This document shows positions 51,866 through 63,158 of a DNA stretch of 64,000 nt, piece after piece (within the stretch, counting starts at the first letter, position 1; each line of letters starts with the position of its first letter). The DNA is taken from contig CDRNVI010000019.1 of assembly GCA_977017575.1 (NCBI GenBank), forward strand, positions 124,001 through 188,000, read 5' to 3'. Both the position numbers and the translations under genes were made by a program. The stretch is from Paramoeba atlantica. Lineage: Eukaryota; Protista; Discosea. Below the pieces are notes generated by a model, which worked only from the letters and a program-made list of their open reading frames with translations, did not search any database and was not told the origin of the DNA.

Positions 51866-53338
51866 TCAGTCTAACTCGCGTTCGATAAATGCTCTAAGAG
51901 TGCTGTCATGGTACCCATGCAGTCGTGTAGTTTCGGTGAGATTATAGAGAGGTGATGGATCAAAAGGAAACCATTGCAGACGACTCTTGATGGTTTCTTG
52001 ATCAGTGTCCAAAGAGTACTCGTTTTCGTTAGAAACCATGTTGCCAAAGTGACGTTTCGTTATGGAAGGGGCCAGAATTCGCCAATTTATGCGTCCCCAA
52101 AATCTTTTATCGGTGTTAGGAAAGATTTTCCCTAAGTCTTTACGACTCTCTGAATCTATTTCAGGGTGTGTTTCGTTTGGGCTTAAGTACAAATAACTTT
52201 GAACAGCTGCAGCCAAGGTACCAATCGGGCCCTTCGATTCATTTGTCCATTGTATAGAGCTTGTCAAGTCGTAAAACCATTGTGCACTTTTTTGCAAAGA
52301 ATCATGTGTCACGTGTGGAGATCGCATTAAAAATGATGAAAGAAAAAGTAGATAATTTTGTGCCTGATAAAAAGAACACTGTTGCAAGCTTTTTAGTACC
52401 GAGAGTTTTAGCTGTTTTATCAAAGCCGACGGATGAAGAAAGACGGTACTCAGGCAGACATGCATTGCAACAAAGTCTTTTGATGCGTCTGATGCAGCAA
52501 TCGCAGGGAGCAAGTCGAGTGCAGCGAGTGAAAGACTGCGGCGCAAAGAGGAGTGATTCAACACGGTAAGCACCAGTTTTGTGGAAAGATTATCCAGGCA
52601 CTGTGCATCACGATAGGAGATACATTCGTGCTCAATATTCAAAAAGAATTCCCATACAAGTTTTGAGATTTCAAACGCGGTACAACGAACATCTGTGCTT
52701 GAGTTACCAACAGTGAGCTGTGATGTCGAGCTAAGTTTTATTTTCTTTCTGTGCAATAACTCGTCAGGACAATGGGAAGAACCATGTTTACCAAGGCAAA
52801 CATTTTTTTCATATTCCAAAAATCTGATTAAAGTACTAACCAGAGTTTCAATTTGCAACAGGTATTGAATTTTCGAAGAGTGTCGAGTACTTATTACGAA
52901 ATTTCGCAGGTAGCTCATTGCATCTTTTGACACTATATTATTTTCATGAATTCTCATCTTTAAAAATATATTAGCAAGACAATCGCTAAGACGGATTCGA
53001 ACTTGTGCTAACCTTTGCGAGTCAATTATTTGACCATGCAAGCGCGTTACCTCATCCACCTGCAGTTCTTTAACACCAGAAAGTACTTGTTCCAAAATGC
53101 TTCGATAAATATCAACTCGCAAGAGCAACGCGCTGCTACATAATTGCTGTATTGACATCAAAAAGCTATTCATGTCATCTGGATCTAAGAGATTGAGGGT
53201 GCTCCATGGCAAAGCTGATAGGTTAGGAGTGTAAGATTCGTCCTCCGTCATATTTTTTGCAGCAGCCCGTCGTTGTATTTCAGTTTCTACGTTTTGTACC
53301 CATTCAAGGACATCATGAAGAGGTATTTTCGAAGCCAT
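51866..53338 (-). CDS. Helical-repeat protein, RRN3/TIF-IA-like
   Basis: YLLFLSSFLMRSPHV, GPIGTLAAAVQSYLY and WFPFDPSPL align by eye with RRN3 motifs (YL-SFLARA, H--FY-ACQA--Y, FFPFDP). Confidence 0.5.
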   Translation of the reverse strand: MASKIPLHDVLEWVQNVETEIQRRAAAKNMTEDESYTPNLSALPWSTLNLLDPDDMNSFLMSIQQLCSSALLLRVDIYRSILEQVLSGVKELQVDEVTRLHGQIIDSQRLAQVRIRLSDCLANIFLKMRIHENNIVSKDAMSYLRNFVISTRHSSKIQYLLQIETLVSTLIRFLEYEKNVCLGKHGSSHCPDELLHRKKIKLSSTSQLTVGNSSTDVRCTAFEISKLVWEFFLNIEHECISYRDAQCLDNLSTKLVLTVLNHSSLRRSLSLAALDLLPAIAASDASKDFVAMHVCLSTVFLHPSALIKQLKLSVLKSLQQCSFYQAQNYLLFLSSFLMRSPHVTHDSLQKSAQWFYDLTSSIQWTNESKGPIGTLAAAVQSYLYLSPNETHPEIDSESRKDLGKIFPNTDKRFWGRINWRILAPSITKRHFGNMVSNENEYSLDTDQETIKSRLQWFPFDPSPLYNLTETTRLHGYHDSTLRAFIERELD

Positions 53339-53648
53339 CGAACAATTTGAGATAACGTTTCAGGGGACTTACAAGCCCATTATTGGAAGAATGATGTAAT
53401 AAAATAATTGGCCAAGTATTAAAATTTTTATACCCCCCAGATCGGGCTGATCCCCCCTGTATATCACTGTGCAGCACATCATTGCGTTCCTACACAAATT
53501 GCTGTGTAATACCTATACAGCGTACCTATCTAGCGTATACTCTAGATACGCTATTATACATTTCCCTCAACTTTCTTTGAACTACTAGCAGCAGCTCCTA
53601 CCTAAAGAGGCTAATGCGCCCCCTTTACTAAAGTTCATAGAAACACCT

Positions 53649-54497
53649 TTACAAGAAGACAATGTTCTTCCACTCTTTTGGTACCGTGCAAGAAAGCTGG
53701 TTGGCACTCAAATCAATAGAAAAACATTCTTGAGGAGGAAAGTCATCCAGAAAAATGACTTCACCATCGAATGCGTTGTGCGAGAGGTCAATTTGCATCA
53801 CGGTTTCGGGTAGATTGGCAAATGTGAGATCACCTTGTAACGCGTTATGATCGAGAAACAACTGCTGTAGAACAGGGGGTAAAGACGAAACAATAATGGA
53901 ACCATTCAGACGATTGTTGTTTACGCTAATGCATTGTAACGCAGCCGGCAGAGATGAGAGATCAATTGACCCAGTAATGTCGTTGTGTGAAACAAAAAGC
54001 CGCTCTAAAGGCGGCGGCAGGGTCTGTAGCTCTAAACTGCCGCTAAAACGATTTCTTTGTAGTAAACATCGGTACATTTGAGGCGGAAGAGAAGTAAGAT
54101 CTGTGTTCCCAATAAACTTGTTGCAGTGCAATGTTAATGCTACAAGAAACGATGGAAGTGCATCGAGAAAAGCATTCCCACTTAATTCGTTGTTGTCCAA
54201 ATGAAGTTTCAACAGAGTGGAAGGTAATAGTGACCACGTAATGTTGCCTTTCAGATCCATAGAACTCCAGTTAATTTGTGTGATTACCGTCCCATTGCTA
54301 CAAGAGATTCCTTTCCACTTACATTGAGGTGTTTTCTTCGTCCACGAAGAATGCTTTTTGTGCAACAGAGAAACTATGTGTGCCAATGCCGCTTCTTGAG
54401 ATATCAGAGAAGCGCTGACCTTCTTCGGCCGTATTTTGTCATGGGTTTGTAGTGTGAACAGTGGCCAAGATCCAAGAAGACCAAGACAGAACATCAT
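53649..54497 (-). CDS. Leucine-rich repeat protein
   Basis: LRR N-cap (CKWKGISC) and repeats of L.L..N..SG...L..LP. Confidence 0.88.
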   Translation of the reverse strand: MMFCLGLLGSWPLFTLQTHDKIRPKKVSASLISQEAALAHIVSLLHKKHSSWTKKTPQCKWKGISCSNGTVITQINWSSMDLKGNITWSLLPSTLLKLHLDNNELSGNAFLDALPSFLVALTLHCNKFIGNTDLTSLPPQMYRCLLQRNRFSGSLELQTLPPPLERLFVSHNDITGSIDLSSLPAALQCISVNNNRLNGSIIVSSLPPVLQQLFLDHNALQGDLTFANLPETVMQIDLSHNAFDGEVIFLDDFPPQECFSIDLSANQLSCTVPKEWKNIVFL

Positions 54498-54646
54498 GTA
54501 AAAATATGGTTAGTATACGTATGAAATATAGACCAAACCAATATTTAGTTATTGATAGTAATGCTCTCTTACTCGGGTAAATAAACTGATTCATGAATAT
54601 AGTGCAACACGAAAACTGATTAGCTATCCGATCAGCTGGAGTTTTA

Positions 54647-56608
54647 TCACTCTTTGATACGTTTCCGTACTTTTTGACTAAGCCGTCGAATTTCTTTCTG
54701 AAATGAATTCCATTCACTCTGATGTAGAGGGGATGATGAAATGGAATTATATGAAATCCCGTCAAATACATGTCGCGTTATCTTATAATCTTCACCATTG
54801 TACGTAACGCGCCGGGTCATAAAATCCCATGGTCGGTACAAGCCAGGAGGAGTACTGAAATCTTCTCCGTGTTGGTTTCTTGAAGAATCGTTGGATTGAA
54901 GCATAAACTGAGAGAAGTTAGGTGCTCGACCGACATCGGCAATACAAAACAGAACATTACCATGCCACGAAGTTTGCCTACCGCTCAGTACGTGGAAGCC
55001 TCCTGCAGAGCCTCCCAAAATGATCATTGAAGTGGGAATATCCACAAACGTCCCGCAACAGACTTCTTCCTCTCCGATGCAGGTATGAAGTAGTATGTCA
55101 CATGTACGCACTGGAGAAGAAAAGGTTGTCCCACCTTTTCTTAAATTTGTTGATTTATTAAGCCTGCTACCTGGACGAACAAGATATACGCCGTTGTGTG
55201 CTGTGCCAAACAGAATGCATTGCGGCGCGTGGTAAGAACATGGGAGAGAACGTACCAACATGCATTGAGTTTCTCCAGGAATATCAAAAATACTGTGAAG
55301 GGTAAGATCATGACCGTTTATCAGATTACCAGAATAGTATTCCCAGAAAGAGATGAAAACTTTCGGGTTATAGACAGTTTCATCATTTACAGTTGCAATT
55401 GTTACCAAGAACCGTCGGTTACTTGTCCAAGTGTGCTCATAATGGAATATGTCAAAAGAGAAGTTTGAGCATCTGTCATCACTCGAGATCTGTTTAGAGT
55501 TCGTAGAATCTACGATCCTCTTTTTCCACTGTTGCGAACGTGATTCCAAAAAGATAAGCTCGGTGTAGCTGTCCAATACCACGGGGTTTAGTGAAACTGA
55601 TGTGACCAAAATTCCAACATATTCTAACGAGTTGGAGAAGGTTTGTAAACCATGAGAAAGAGTTTTGCAAATTGATCGGATAGGAAAGCGTCTGTCGTGC
55701 TTCTCCGGCATGGGATCTTCAGCCTGGAAACTAGTGAGTAGGCGTACTGATCCCACACTCGGAGTACAGCTGAGAGCTAGTGACGCTAAAAACGTCACGG
55801 TGAGTGGACCTTGCGCAGTAAGCTTAATTTCGAAAAGACCTACGGCAGCGTCGTAGCCTATGGCTACGAGATGAGTGTCCAGAGTTCCCTCCACTGAAAA
55901 TACATTTCTTGTCTGTGCTTGCACCTTTTTTAACAAACATATTGTATGAGTGGTGCCTTTGAAGATGTTTGGCAACGATGGAGTAAAAAGAACTTCACAG
56001 TGCCTCATGGCTTCTGGCGTGTTGATATTCCTCCGTAAAATAATACTGGAAACGCCATTGTATGGATGACAGCTAATGAGTGTATTGGCACTAAGCCACC
56101 GGACGTATGCGTCACCCATCCAGTCGTAGGATGCATAAGATTTGTTTGATTGTAATCGATTCCTGTGAGCGACGTCGTGAGATGGATGTAACTCCCATCT
56201 ATATACGAATTCCATTGTTTCAATGTTCACTACCCACCCATGATGAAAGGTGATGATGCAAAGATATTTGCTTGACGAACCAATTAGTATTTCATATATT
56301 GATTCTCCAAGATTAAGAAAACAAGCATTGCGCCAGCTGTCAAAATTCTGAACGCGAAATACCTTAATGATACCCGCATCATCTCCAGTTACGATAACCG
56401 CACCTCCTGGTGGATCGATAAAAGAATCGCAACATGTGATTTCGCTATTGTGTAAAGCGCATGACGATGTTCCAGCAAAGTCTAATGTCGAAGCACACCA
56501 TTTTCCGTAAGACTCACATTCGGTCGTGGGAAGCGAGCTAGTAGAGTGTGGCTGAAGAAAAGGTAGTCTCCCGTGCAGCGATACGTGATCCAGAAATGAG
56601 GTTATCAT
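54647..56608 (-). CDS. WD40/beta-propeller protein
   Basis: VTGDDAGIIKVF, ILGGSAGGFHV; first in-frame ATG at 56608. Confidence 0.6.
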   Translation of the reverse strand: MITSFLDHVSLHGRLPFLQPHSTSSLPTTECESYGKWCASTLDFAGTSSCALHNSEITCCDSFIDPPGGAVIVTGDDAGIIKVFRVQNFDSWRNACFLNLGESIYEILIGSSSKYLCIITFHHGWVVNIETMEFVYRWELHPSHDVAHRNRLQSNKSYASYDWMGDAYVRWLSANTLISCHPYNGVSSIILRRNINTPEAMRHCEVLFTPSLPNIFKGTTHTICLLKKVQAQTRNVFSVEGTLDTHLVAIGYDAAVGLFEIKLTAQGPLTVTFLASLALSCTPSVGSVRLLTSFQAEDPMPEKHDRRFPIRSICKTLSHGLQTFSNSLEYVGILVTSVSLNPVVLDSYTELIFLESRSQQWKKRIVDSTNSKQISSDDRCSNFSFDIFHYEHTWTSNRRFLVTIATVNDETVYNPKVFISFWEYYSGNLINGHDLTLHSIFDIPGETQCMLVRSLPCSYHAPQCILFGTAHNGVYLVRPGSRLNKSTNLRKGGTTFSSPVRTCDILLHTCIGEEEVCCGTFVDIPTSMIILGGSAGGFHVLSGRQTSWHGNVLFCIADVGRAPNFSQFMLQSNDSSRNQHGEDFSTPPGLYRPWDFMTRRVTYNGEDYKITRHVFDGISYNSISSSPLHQSEWNSFQKEIRRLSQKVRKRIKE

Positions 56609-56825
56609 GTGACATAAACACAAACCATGAACCCCACATAAGTGATGTACTACTAAAAAACTTTACCAGAACTACTAAAAATGTATCGATAATGAAACAG
56701 TGCTACAATATCTTGATTTTAGAATAAAAAGCGGTACGTGAATGAAGTTTCCCAACAACGAACGTTTCGATTCGTCAAAAGAACAGAAACGGATGAAAGA
56801 TTGAACGTCCCTACGGGAAGACACC

Positions 56826-57557
56826 TCAGAAGGGGTGTACAGAGGTCGGTAAACATGTAAAAACCTCATTCGCTATCGCATCTACCGAAGCCATGGCGCC
56901 GACTCCGAAATCTCCACATGCTAAAACTTTGGTCACCGGGGGAACAACAACAATCCCAAGCTCTTGCGTCAAAATGTTCAGATGCTTTGTTGTGAGAGGA
57001 TGACAGTACATTGCTGTGTTCATGGCGGGTGCCACGATAAATGCCTTCTGGCGAATTGGCCATGCACGAGCAATGCAGGTTAGCAAATTGTCGGCCATGC
57101 CGTTTGCTATTTTAGACATTGTATTGGCGCTTAGCGGGGCAATAACAAATAAATCGGCCCAATTTCGCAAAGTGATGTGCAAAACGGAATCGCCAACGCG
57201 TTTCCATTCTTCTGTTTCACTCGAATCGTCATACACCCCCTCAACACTGAAAGCAGGTCTATTCGGCAGATGTTGCATGTTATAACAACCAAACTCACGG
57301 ATGTCATCGGTCGTGGAATTTGTGCGGCGTATTTCCATTATCACGCGGTCACACTGTTCTTTTGAAACGAAATCGTAAGCATGAGAAGTGAAGACAATAC
57401 GCACGCTTAGTGAGACGAGTTCAGACCTCAGTGAACTTTCGTTTTGTTTATAGAACCTTTCACGTATTGACGTAAGAAAGTTCTGTAGTTTAATAGCCGC
57501 AACGCTTCCAGTGATTCCCACAAGAAGATGTTGTGTCTTGTCAGGATAACTTTCCAT
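56826..57557 (-). CDS. PPCDC: Phosphopantothenoylcysteine decarboxylase (HAL3/Cab3 flavoprotein)
   Basis: LVGITGSVAA, VLHITLRNWAD, APLSANT, PAMNTAMY, LACGDFGVGAM. Confidence 0.92.
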   Translation of the reverse strand: MESYPDKTQHLLVGITGSVAAIKLQNFLTSIRERFYKQNESSLRSELVSLSVRIVFTSHAYDFVSKEQCDRVIMEIRRTNSTTDDIREFGCYNMQHLPNRPAFSVEGVYDDSSETEEWKRVGDSVLHITLRNWADLFVIAPLSANTMSKIANGMADNLLTCIARAWPIRQKAFIVAPAMNTAMYCHPLTTKHLNILTQELGIVVVPPVTKVLACGDFGVGAMASVDAIANEVFTCLPTSVHPF

Positions 57558-57905
57558 TACATTAAACCTCCACGTTTTATGAATTTCATATTCTCATAAT
57601 AATGATTTTCGTTAGTTCTAGACGCTTTTTACATGGGTGATTAGGTAATAATACTACGGACTTCGATTGGTATTTAGCCGATTAGTTGAACATTTTGTAG
57701 ATACAATTTGATTCTTCTTCTTCCACCTCGAATGTGCAAGTTTCATTTCACTTTAGAAGTACAAATACACAAATTTCTTTTGTGCTGTTGCACATGGTCC
57801 TTAAAATCTCCGTCGATTGGGAAACTGCTCTGGTTTAAAGCTACTTTAAAGAACTAAGACGATGTTTCAGCAGCCGGATGTATATTTACATGTAGGCGCT
57901 TTAGT

Positions 57906-58877
57906 TCAAATAGCTTCCAGAAGAAGTACTCCTAGAGAGGAGAAAATGCCAATACCGTAAGACCCTGTGAGCATCAATATAACAGTGCCTGCGCACATTG
58001 AAAAATAGAGTTCCATGAGGCGTAAAAATCTTTCTGGAAAGATCCAGATGATACCCAGGATAAAGGCGAATTTGGAGATAAATGGACACAACAGAGGTAG
58101 GACGTGGCATGGAGGCAACCTTTTTTGTATCACGTTCTCTGAGAGACTTGAATTACCTAATGTATTCTTCTGACGCACTGTTTTAGGAAGGACATCAAGT
58201 GACTCTCTCAGTTGTTTAGCTTCTCCACTTTTCGTTGTTGAAAGATCTCCACCGCTCTCGAGTCGATACGAGGGAGGAGGGGTTACAGACATAAACTGAA
58301 CCGGAGGACTTTCCCATTTGAGGCGTTGGTTTGATGAGAGTGGAGTCGGAGGAATGCTACGACTTTTAATATCATACGATACAAAAAGCTTGATTTTAAC
58401 ACAGCTCATCAGCCAAATGAATTCCATTAGATTGCGATATAGAAAAACTGTCGTGAGTGGCCACAAGTTTGTAATTTGGGTATTTATAACCGCACACACA
58501 TCCGTTTTACGTATAACATCCGTAGTGCATAGCCAGATGGACAGTGCATCACACACTGGAGAAAGTGCATATTCACTCGGTATGAATATTCCCACCAATA
58601 GAAACAAATAAAGCCTCGCCCCACAATTCGTCATTGCGACATAGGAACTCGAAATGATTTCATTCGCGCGCCAAACGAAGTTCTGCCGGTTGTAAATTAT
58701 ATGCGCCCAGGCCTGGGGACGCAACAACAGTACATCCAGAAGCACGATCGGGGTATCATACTCAATATAGGGATCGCAAGTATGAAAGCATGAAGGGCAG
58801 GAGCTGAGTCTTATAAAGGCCTCGTCGTCGTCTTGAAGACGTTCAACTACGCTGTTGCATTCGATGCAAATTGGCAT
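57906..58877 (-). CDS. ARV1: ARV1 family protein
   Basis: MPICIEC...CPSC...CDPYIEYD zinc motif, LLDVLLLRPQAWAHIIYN; likely start 58877. Confidence 0.85.
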   Translation of the reverse strand: MPICIECNSVVERLQDDDEAFIRLSSCPSCFHTCDPYIEYDTPIVLLDVLLLRPQAWAHIIYNRQNFVWRANEIISSSYVAMTNCGARLYLFLLVGIFIPSEYALSPVCDALSIWLCTTDVIRKTDVCAVINTQITNLWPLTTVFLYRNLMEFIWLMSCVKIKLFVSYDIKSRSIPPTPLSSNQRLKWESPPVQFMSVTPPPSYRLESGGDLSTTKSGEAKQLRESLDVLPKTVRQKNTLGNSSLSENVIQKRLPPCHVLPLLCPFISKFAFILGIIWIFPERFLRLMELYFSMCAGTVILMLTGSYGIGIFSSLGVLLLEAI

Positions 58878-59081
58878 CCGACATGACTTAATAATAAGTT
58901 TATTGGAAATAGGCGATACAAACAAATGTAGAAAGTGCAATGCGGCACTACAAAACGAACCGTGTTGCAATCAATACCCATTCGTAAAGCCTACTCGCTC
59001 TATTAAAACATTTTGTTTAGTAGCACTTCAGTATAAAGTTCGAAAAACTATAATAGAAAAAAAGAAATGTGTCCTGGTTAC

Positions 59082-60401
59082 CTAGATCTTTCCTACTTTG
59101 GACCCTACAAACAGATATCCACTGTGAGGATTAGACTGTACTGTTGGATGCGTTCGTGACGGAAGTATTTGATATTCCCGCACATTGCATTCCATAACAT
59201 GGCATTGCACAGGAACTCCATCGCATCCATGTGATGCGGTGCGGGTTCTCATTTCTGTCCTTGCATTTTCACGAAAAACAATGGAATCCCAACATCGCCG
59301 GACGTGAAAAAATAACTTTTCAAGATTTGTTATACTCGGAGAAAAAATACAAAAACATCCCCCCGATGCCAAATACGGAAAGAAAGCATCGAATAGATCA
59401 ATATGATCCCACTTGGAGGCAATGACTAAACTTGTGGGCAAGCCTTGAGAATAATCATTTTCGTCTACGTCACTTTGCAAGCACAAATTAGACATGGCCT
59501 TGTCTGTAGCTTGACCAGGTTCACCGAGCAAAGACCACATGGTATTATTTTCACTATTGACGTGTCGAATGCAATGATTTCCTTGAAAGGCAAAAGCAGA
59601 TACTACTTTCCATACGTTTTTTCCGGAAGTTAAACCCAAAGCTTTTGCCACAAAGGTTTTAGGAGTTGACTCTCTCGAAAGAATCTGATACATTTTTGCT
59701 TCTCCAGACTTGTTTGACTGTAGGCGATGCAAGATGGCTGCTGGAAGGATGCCTTGACTTTCGTCATATATGAGAACGCGTGAATCGAACATGACATGAG
59801 CATGATCAAGAATCCGTTGGACCGTATCAGTACTAAGGTAAATGGGAGACTTCCTTTGGGCGTATTCTGTGCAAAAATCAGCAAGACACGGCCTTCGTAT
59901 TTGATAGATCTGGCTCCAGCGCTCTGCTTTTTTCTGCACGTACTTCATTTGAGCCATTTTTGTTTTAGAGGAAAAAGTTGAACTATTCTGAACAAGCTCG
60001 TCTACCATGGATACCACACCTTCATCCGTGGCTTTTCTTTTCGTAATGATTTTGTTGTCCAACTTTTGCGCTGTTGATGTATCGATCAAGTTCCTGTTGT
60101 CGGCAGTCTCATTTATTATTTCACCCTGCGTGTTTGGATTAGACGTGTCGTCCCAGATATCTTCAGATTTTGGCTTTTCGGCTTTTTTAAATATTTTGTT
60201 ATTCATACTATATTCAACGAAGCTATTGTAAGGTAAACCGACTAGCTCAGTTGCTTTCACTTTACCTACGTGACGTAATTTAAGCTGACCATACTCAGTC
60301 ACGTGAACAACAGCATTCGATGAACTACCATGAAAATATACGTAGTCGCCATGCTGAACCTGGTAATCGGTAGGTACGGTACGAGGCTCTGTCGTCTGCA
60401 T
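59082..60401 (-). CDS. TRM6: tRNA m1A58 methyltransferase non-catalytic subunit
   Basis: DNRNLID, LVQNSSTFSSKTKMAQMKY, REYQILPSRTHP...HSGYL. Confidence 0.88.
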   Translation of the reverse strand: MQTTEPRTVPTDYQVQHGDYVYFHGSSSNAVVHVTEYGQLKLRHVGKVKATELVGLPYNSFVEYSMNNKIFKKAEKPKSEDIWDDTSNPNTQGEIINETADNRNLIDTSTAQKLDNKIITKRKATDEGVVSMVDELVQNSSTFSSKTKMAQMKYVQKKAERWSQIYQIRRPCLADFCTEYAQRKSPIYLSTDTVQRILDHAHVMFDSRVLIYDESQGILPAAILHRLQSNKSGEAKMYQILSRESTPKTFVAKALGLTSGKNVWKVVSAFAFQGNHCIRHVNSENNTMWSLLGEPGQATDKAMSNLCLQSDVDENDYSQGLPTSLVIASKWDHIDLFDAFFPYLASGGCFCIFSPSITNLEKLFFHVRRCWDSIVFRENARTEMRTRTASHGCDGVPVQCHVMECNVREYQILPSRTHPTVQSNPHSGYLFVGSKVGKI

Positions 60402-60737
60402 TTGATACAGTAAATGACAGTGTATGTAGAAAACTTATTTCATAGCACTTCTGTCTCTACGATTAATACTGTGATTAGTAATGTTTAATGACTGTATCAG
60501 TCCATTACACACGCAACAAGTATCTATTTTATGTAGATGTCTTGTAGTTTGCTGTCTACGTGAGTGATTTTTACGTACCTGTATGCACATGAACTTATTA
60601 CACGTGTATGCACATACAGTTCAAGAAATAAAGTTTGCTTAACAGTTTTTTATATGCGCATCCACGGGCTTGTGGTATACATTGTACAACTTGAAAATAA
60701 CTTATATAACTCGAAAATTTTAAGGAGACAATTGGGA

Positions 60738-61175
60738 TCAGCGCATTTTAATAATGGGTGCGCGGTAGTCTTCTATATAGTCATCCGAGAGTTCGGCTCT
60801 TTGGTTAACCAGTGATCTACAATTTTCTGCATTACACTGCGTTTTCCAATATGCACCATAGGAAAGATACATGACGTATGACAATGCGAATAAATACAAC
60901 CAGTTGAAGATGCGAATGTCAATATTCCCTGTCGAAGAACGAAATTGCATATAGTGAGGAAGTACATGCTTCAGGTAAGCTCTGTCTTCTTCTGGAAACT
61001 GATCAAAGCTAACTCGACCTTTGTTTCGAGTAGCCTGTTTCACAATTTTCCTTAGATAACCGTATTGGCGCTGTGTACGTCTTAAATTGCGGAAATATGT
61101 AAGAAACAGATAAAGTGAATCAATCAATGTTTCATTGATCCGCCGTATGATCACAGATCGGAGAGCCTTTGACAT
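60738..61175 (-). CDS. Small single-TM protein, possibly mitochondrial
   Basis: One hydrophobic helix (IFNWLYLFALSYVMYL); first ATG at 61175. Confidence 0.5.
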   Translation of the reverse strand: MSKALRSVIIRRINETLIDSLYLFLTYFRNLRRTQRQYGYLRKIVKQATRNKGRVSFDQFPEEDRAYLKHVLPHYMQFRSSTGNIDIRIFNWLYLFALSYVMYLSYGAYWKTQCNAENCRSLVNQRAELSDDYIEDYRAPIIKMR

Positions 61176-61496
61176 TATGATAAGCACCCTAAAAAACAAA
61201 CAATCTTCTTTTATGTAAAGCTCCGCAGTGCGTCAGCACTGCTACATTTCGCTGCAATCCGCTAACATTTCTATGAAGTGCAATTATGTACTAGTAAACA
61301 AAAAAAAATTTGTTGTTGAACTATAATGATATGCCAACTGGAAAATATTATAGGACATGATTCATAATTATGGCGTACCGATATAAAACAAAAAAATGTA
61401 AAATATCTCAGTAAACCACGTTTGCCGTGCTTTCAACCAGTAGCACCGATTCGGTTATGTAGTAGCGAAAAGCTGAGAACGAAGCCTACCCCTGGT

Positions 61497-62834
61497 TTAC
61501 TCCTGGTCACCTCGCCGTCCCTCGGCAACGGGACTACTGTCTTCACCATCTTGCGTGACATGGGTGCATGTGGTATCAGGGCTTATTGCCTCGTTGCCCG
61601 GCGCCGAATCTACATTCTTTGATGCCTCTTCAGAGGCATCCGAGCCCTCCGTACCCGCCTCCCCTGCCGTGCTCTCCTGTGGAACTTCTGTGGGTGGAGG
61701 TACCGCCTCAGTTGGGGTAGCAGGAAGAGAAGGGGGAGGTGGGGGAGGAGGCGGTGGAGGGGGAGGAGGCGGTGGAGGTGCTCCAAATAAATGTGTCTTC
61801 TGCCCCCAGGAAGCGATACCCTTTCCTCCACGACTAATGTCAATGGTGCCCATCCCTTTGGCTCGAAACCCCAGGCGGGGAGCATTGGCTGTTTTCAAAA
61901 ACTTGAGCACTAGCACACAAGCACGCATGGAGACCCCTAGCTTGTCGAGCTCGGACCACTGGATAGGGACGGGGTTTAACCCGGCCTGCGCGATGGCCTC
62001 CACAGATTTGTCGTAGCCCCGCTGTACTAGGACGTCAAATTTTGTCTCGGTGGTGTAAAAAGATAAAAAATGACACCCAGGGTCCAAATAGACAATTTGT
62101 AAGTCATCATGAGGGCGTGCCCGCTTGTACTGGTCCACGGCAAAAAGACCGTGTTCATCCTTCCAGGCAAGAATCACATTTTCTCCGGCGAACCCAAAGT
62201 AGTCGCCCAACGCCGGAGCGTCACTCTCTTGCTCAATAGTCACCACCTCAAAACTGTTAGTGTCACGCAGGGAGAACAAATTCTTAATTGTCTGCTGCGC
62301 CAGCATGTTCGTTCGACTCCCATGGGCGAGTGCTATGCCACTGGGAAGCATCACAAAGTCACCCGAGGCGCAACGACAGCTTTCCACGTCTTGCATGTAG
62401 GTTGTGGTAGAGGTGTTCGCCCCGCTGGCGCGAATATACCGCAGGGTCTCCTGAAATTCCGGAATGCGATGTTCCAGCCCCAAGGTGGGCATAGAAACAA
62501 ACGAGGCTCCGATGGACACCATGCTGTCCGCGGTACGAATGGCGTCAATGTGCGGAAGCTCTGCCATGACGTGTAGTTCATCCACAAGGGTACTGCTGGA
62601 TAAAATACGATAAAACCCACGAAACTGGCTCATGAGCATGTCACGATTCACTACAATGCCGTTTGGACCCGTGGTCGGGACGGTGTGATACGCGGGGGGT
62701 CGTACGTAGGCATGGACGACAGTTCTCTTCGGGCTGCTGAACAGAACTCCCCTGCTCGGTAGGGAAGCCAGATTTCTAGGATGTACAGAGAGAGATCGCA
62801 GAAACGACACGCTTCGGAACGCAGTAAAGGGCAT
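61497..62834 (-). CDS. Amidinotransferase/DDAH (pentein)-fold protein with presequence and polyproline tail
   Basis: SGDFVM, HGSRTN, ELDKLGVSMRACVL pattern; 14-Pro tract near the C-terminus. Confidence 0.6.
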   Translation of the reverse strand: MPFTAFRSVSFLRSLSVHPRNLASLPSRGVLFSSPKRTVVHAYVRPPAYHTVPTTGPNGIVVNRDMLMSQFRGFYRILSSSTLVDELHVMAELPHIDAIRTADSMVSIGASFVSMPTLGLEHRIPEFQETLRYIRASGANTSTTTYMQDVESCRCASGDFVMLPSGIALAHGSRTNMLAQQTIKNLFSLRDTNSFEVVTIEQESDAPALGDYFGFAGENVILAWKDEHGLFAVDQYKRARPHDDLQIVYLDPGCHFLSFYTTETKFDVLVQRGYDKSVEAIAQAGLNPVPIQWSELDKLGVSMRACVLVLKFLKTANAPRLGFRAKGMGTIDISRGGKGIASWGQKTHLFGAPPPPPPPPPPPPPPPPSLPATPTEAVPPPTEVPQESTAGEAGTEGSDASEEASKNVDSAPGNEAISPDTTCTHVTQDGEDSSPVAEGRRGDQE

Positions 62835-63158
62835 ATTCTGTTTCTATACAGTTAAACTCTCTTCTAATTTACAATGAATAAGCTATTTCGCAGGTAACTC
62901 AGGCTGAAATAAGTTACTTCTACTGAAGCATGTTCGTTTTCTACTATATTTGTACATAACAAACATTCAATAGGGCACATGACGCTTGAGCTTCCCCCCT
63001 ACTGTAGTGTACATGCCCACGTGTCTAAAAATTCCCTTCTCACATACCGTTATGGACATTTTTTTAAGTTAAAAACGGATTCTTACCAAAACAAATAGGT
63101 TCTTACCCTCATTTTTTGGGTTCCACACCCCGTAGGACAATCAGCAAGCTTGCAATTA

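Noticed and set aside
53428-53462. TATACCCCCCAG...GGGCTGATCCCCCC resembling the 13436 MITE end
   Set aside because: Short, degenerate, no partner end; at most a relic
61736-61780. GGA/GGT/GGC run as a satellite
   Set aside because: Encodes the in-frame polyproline tract
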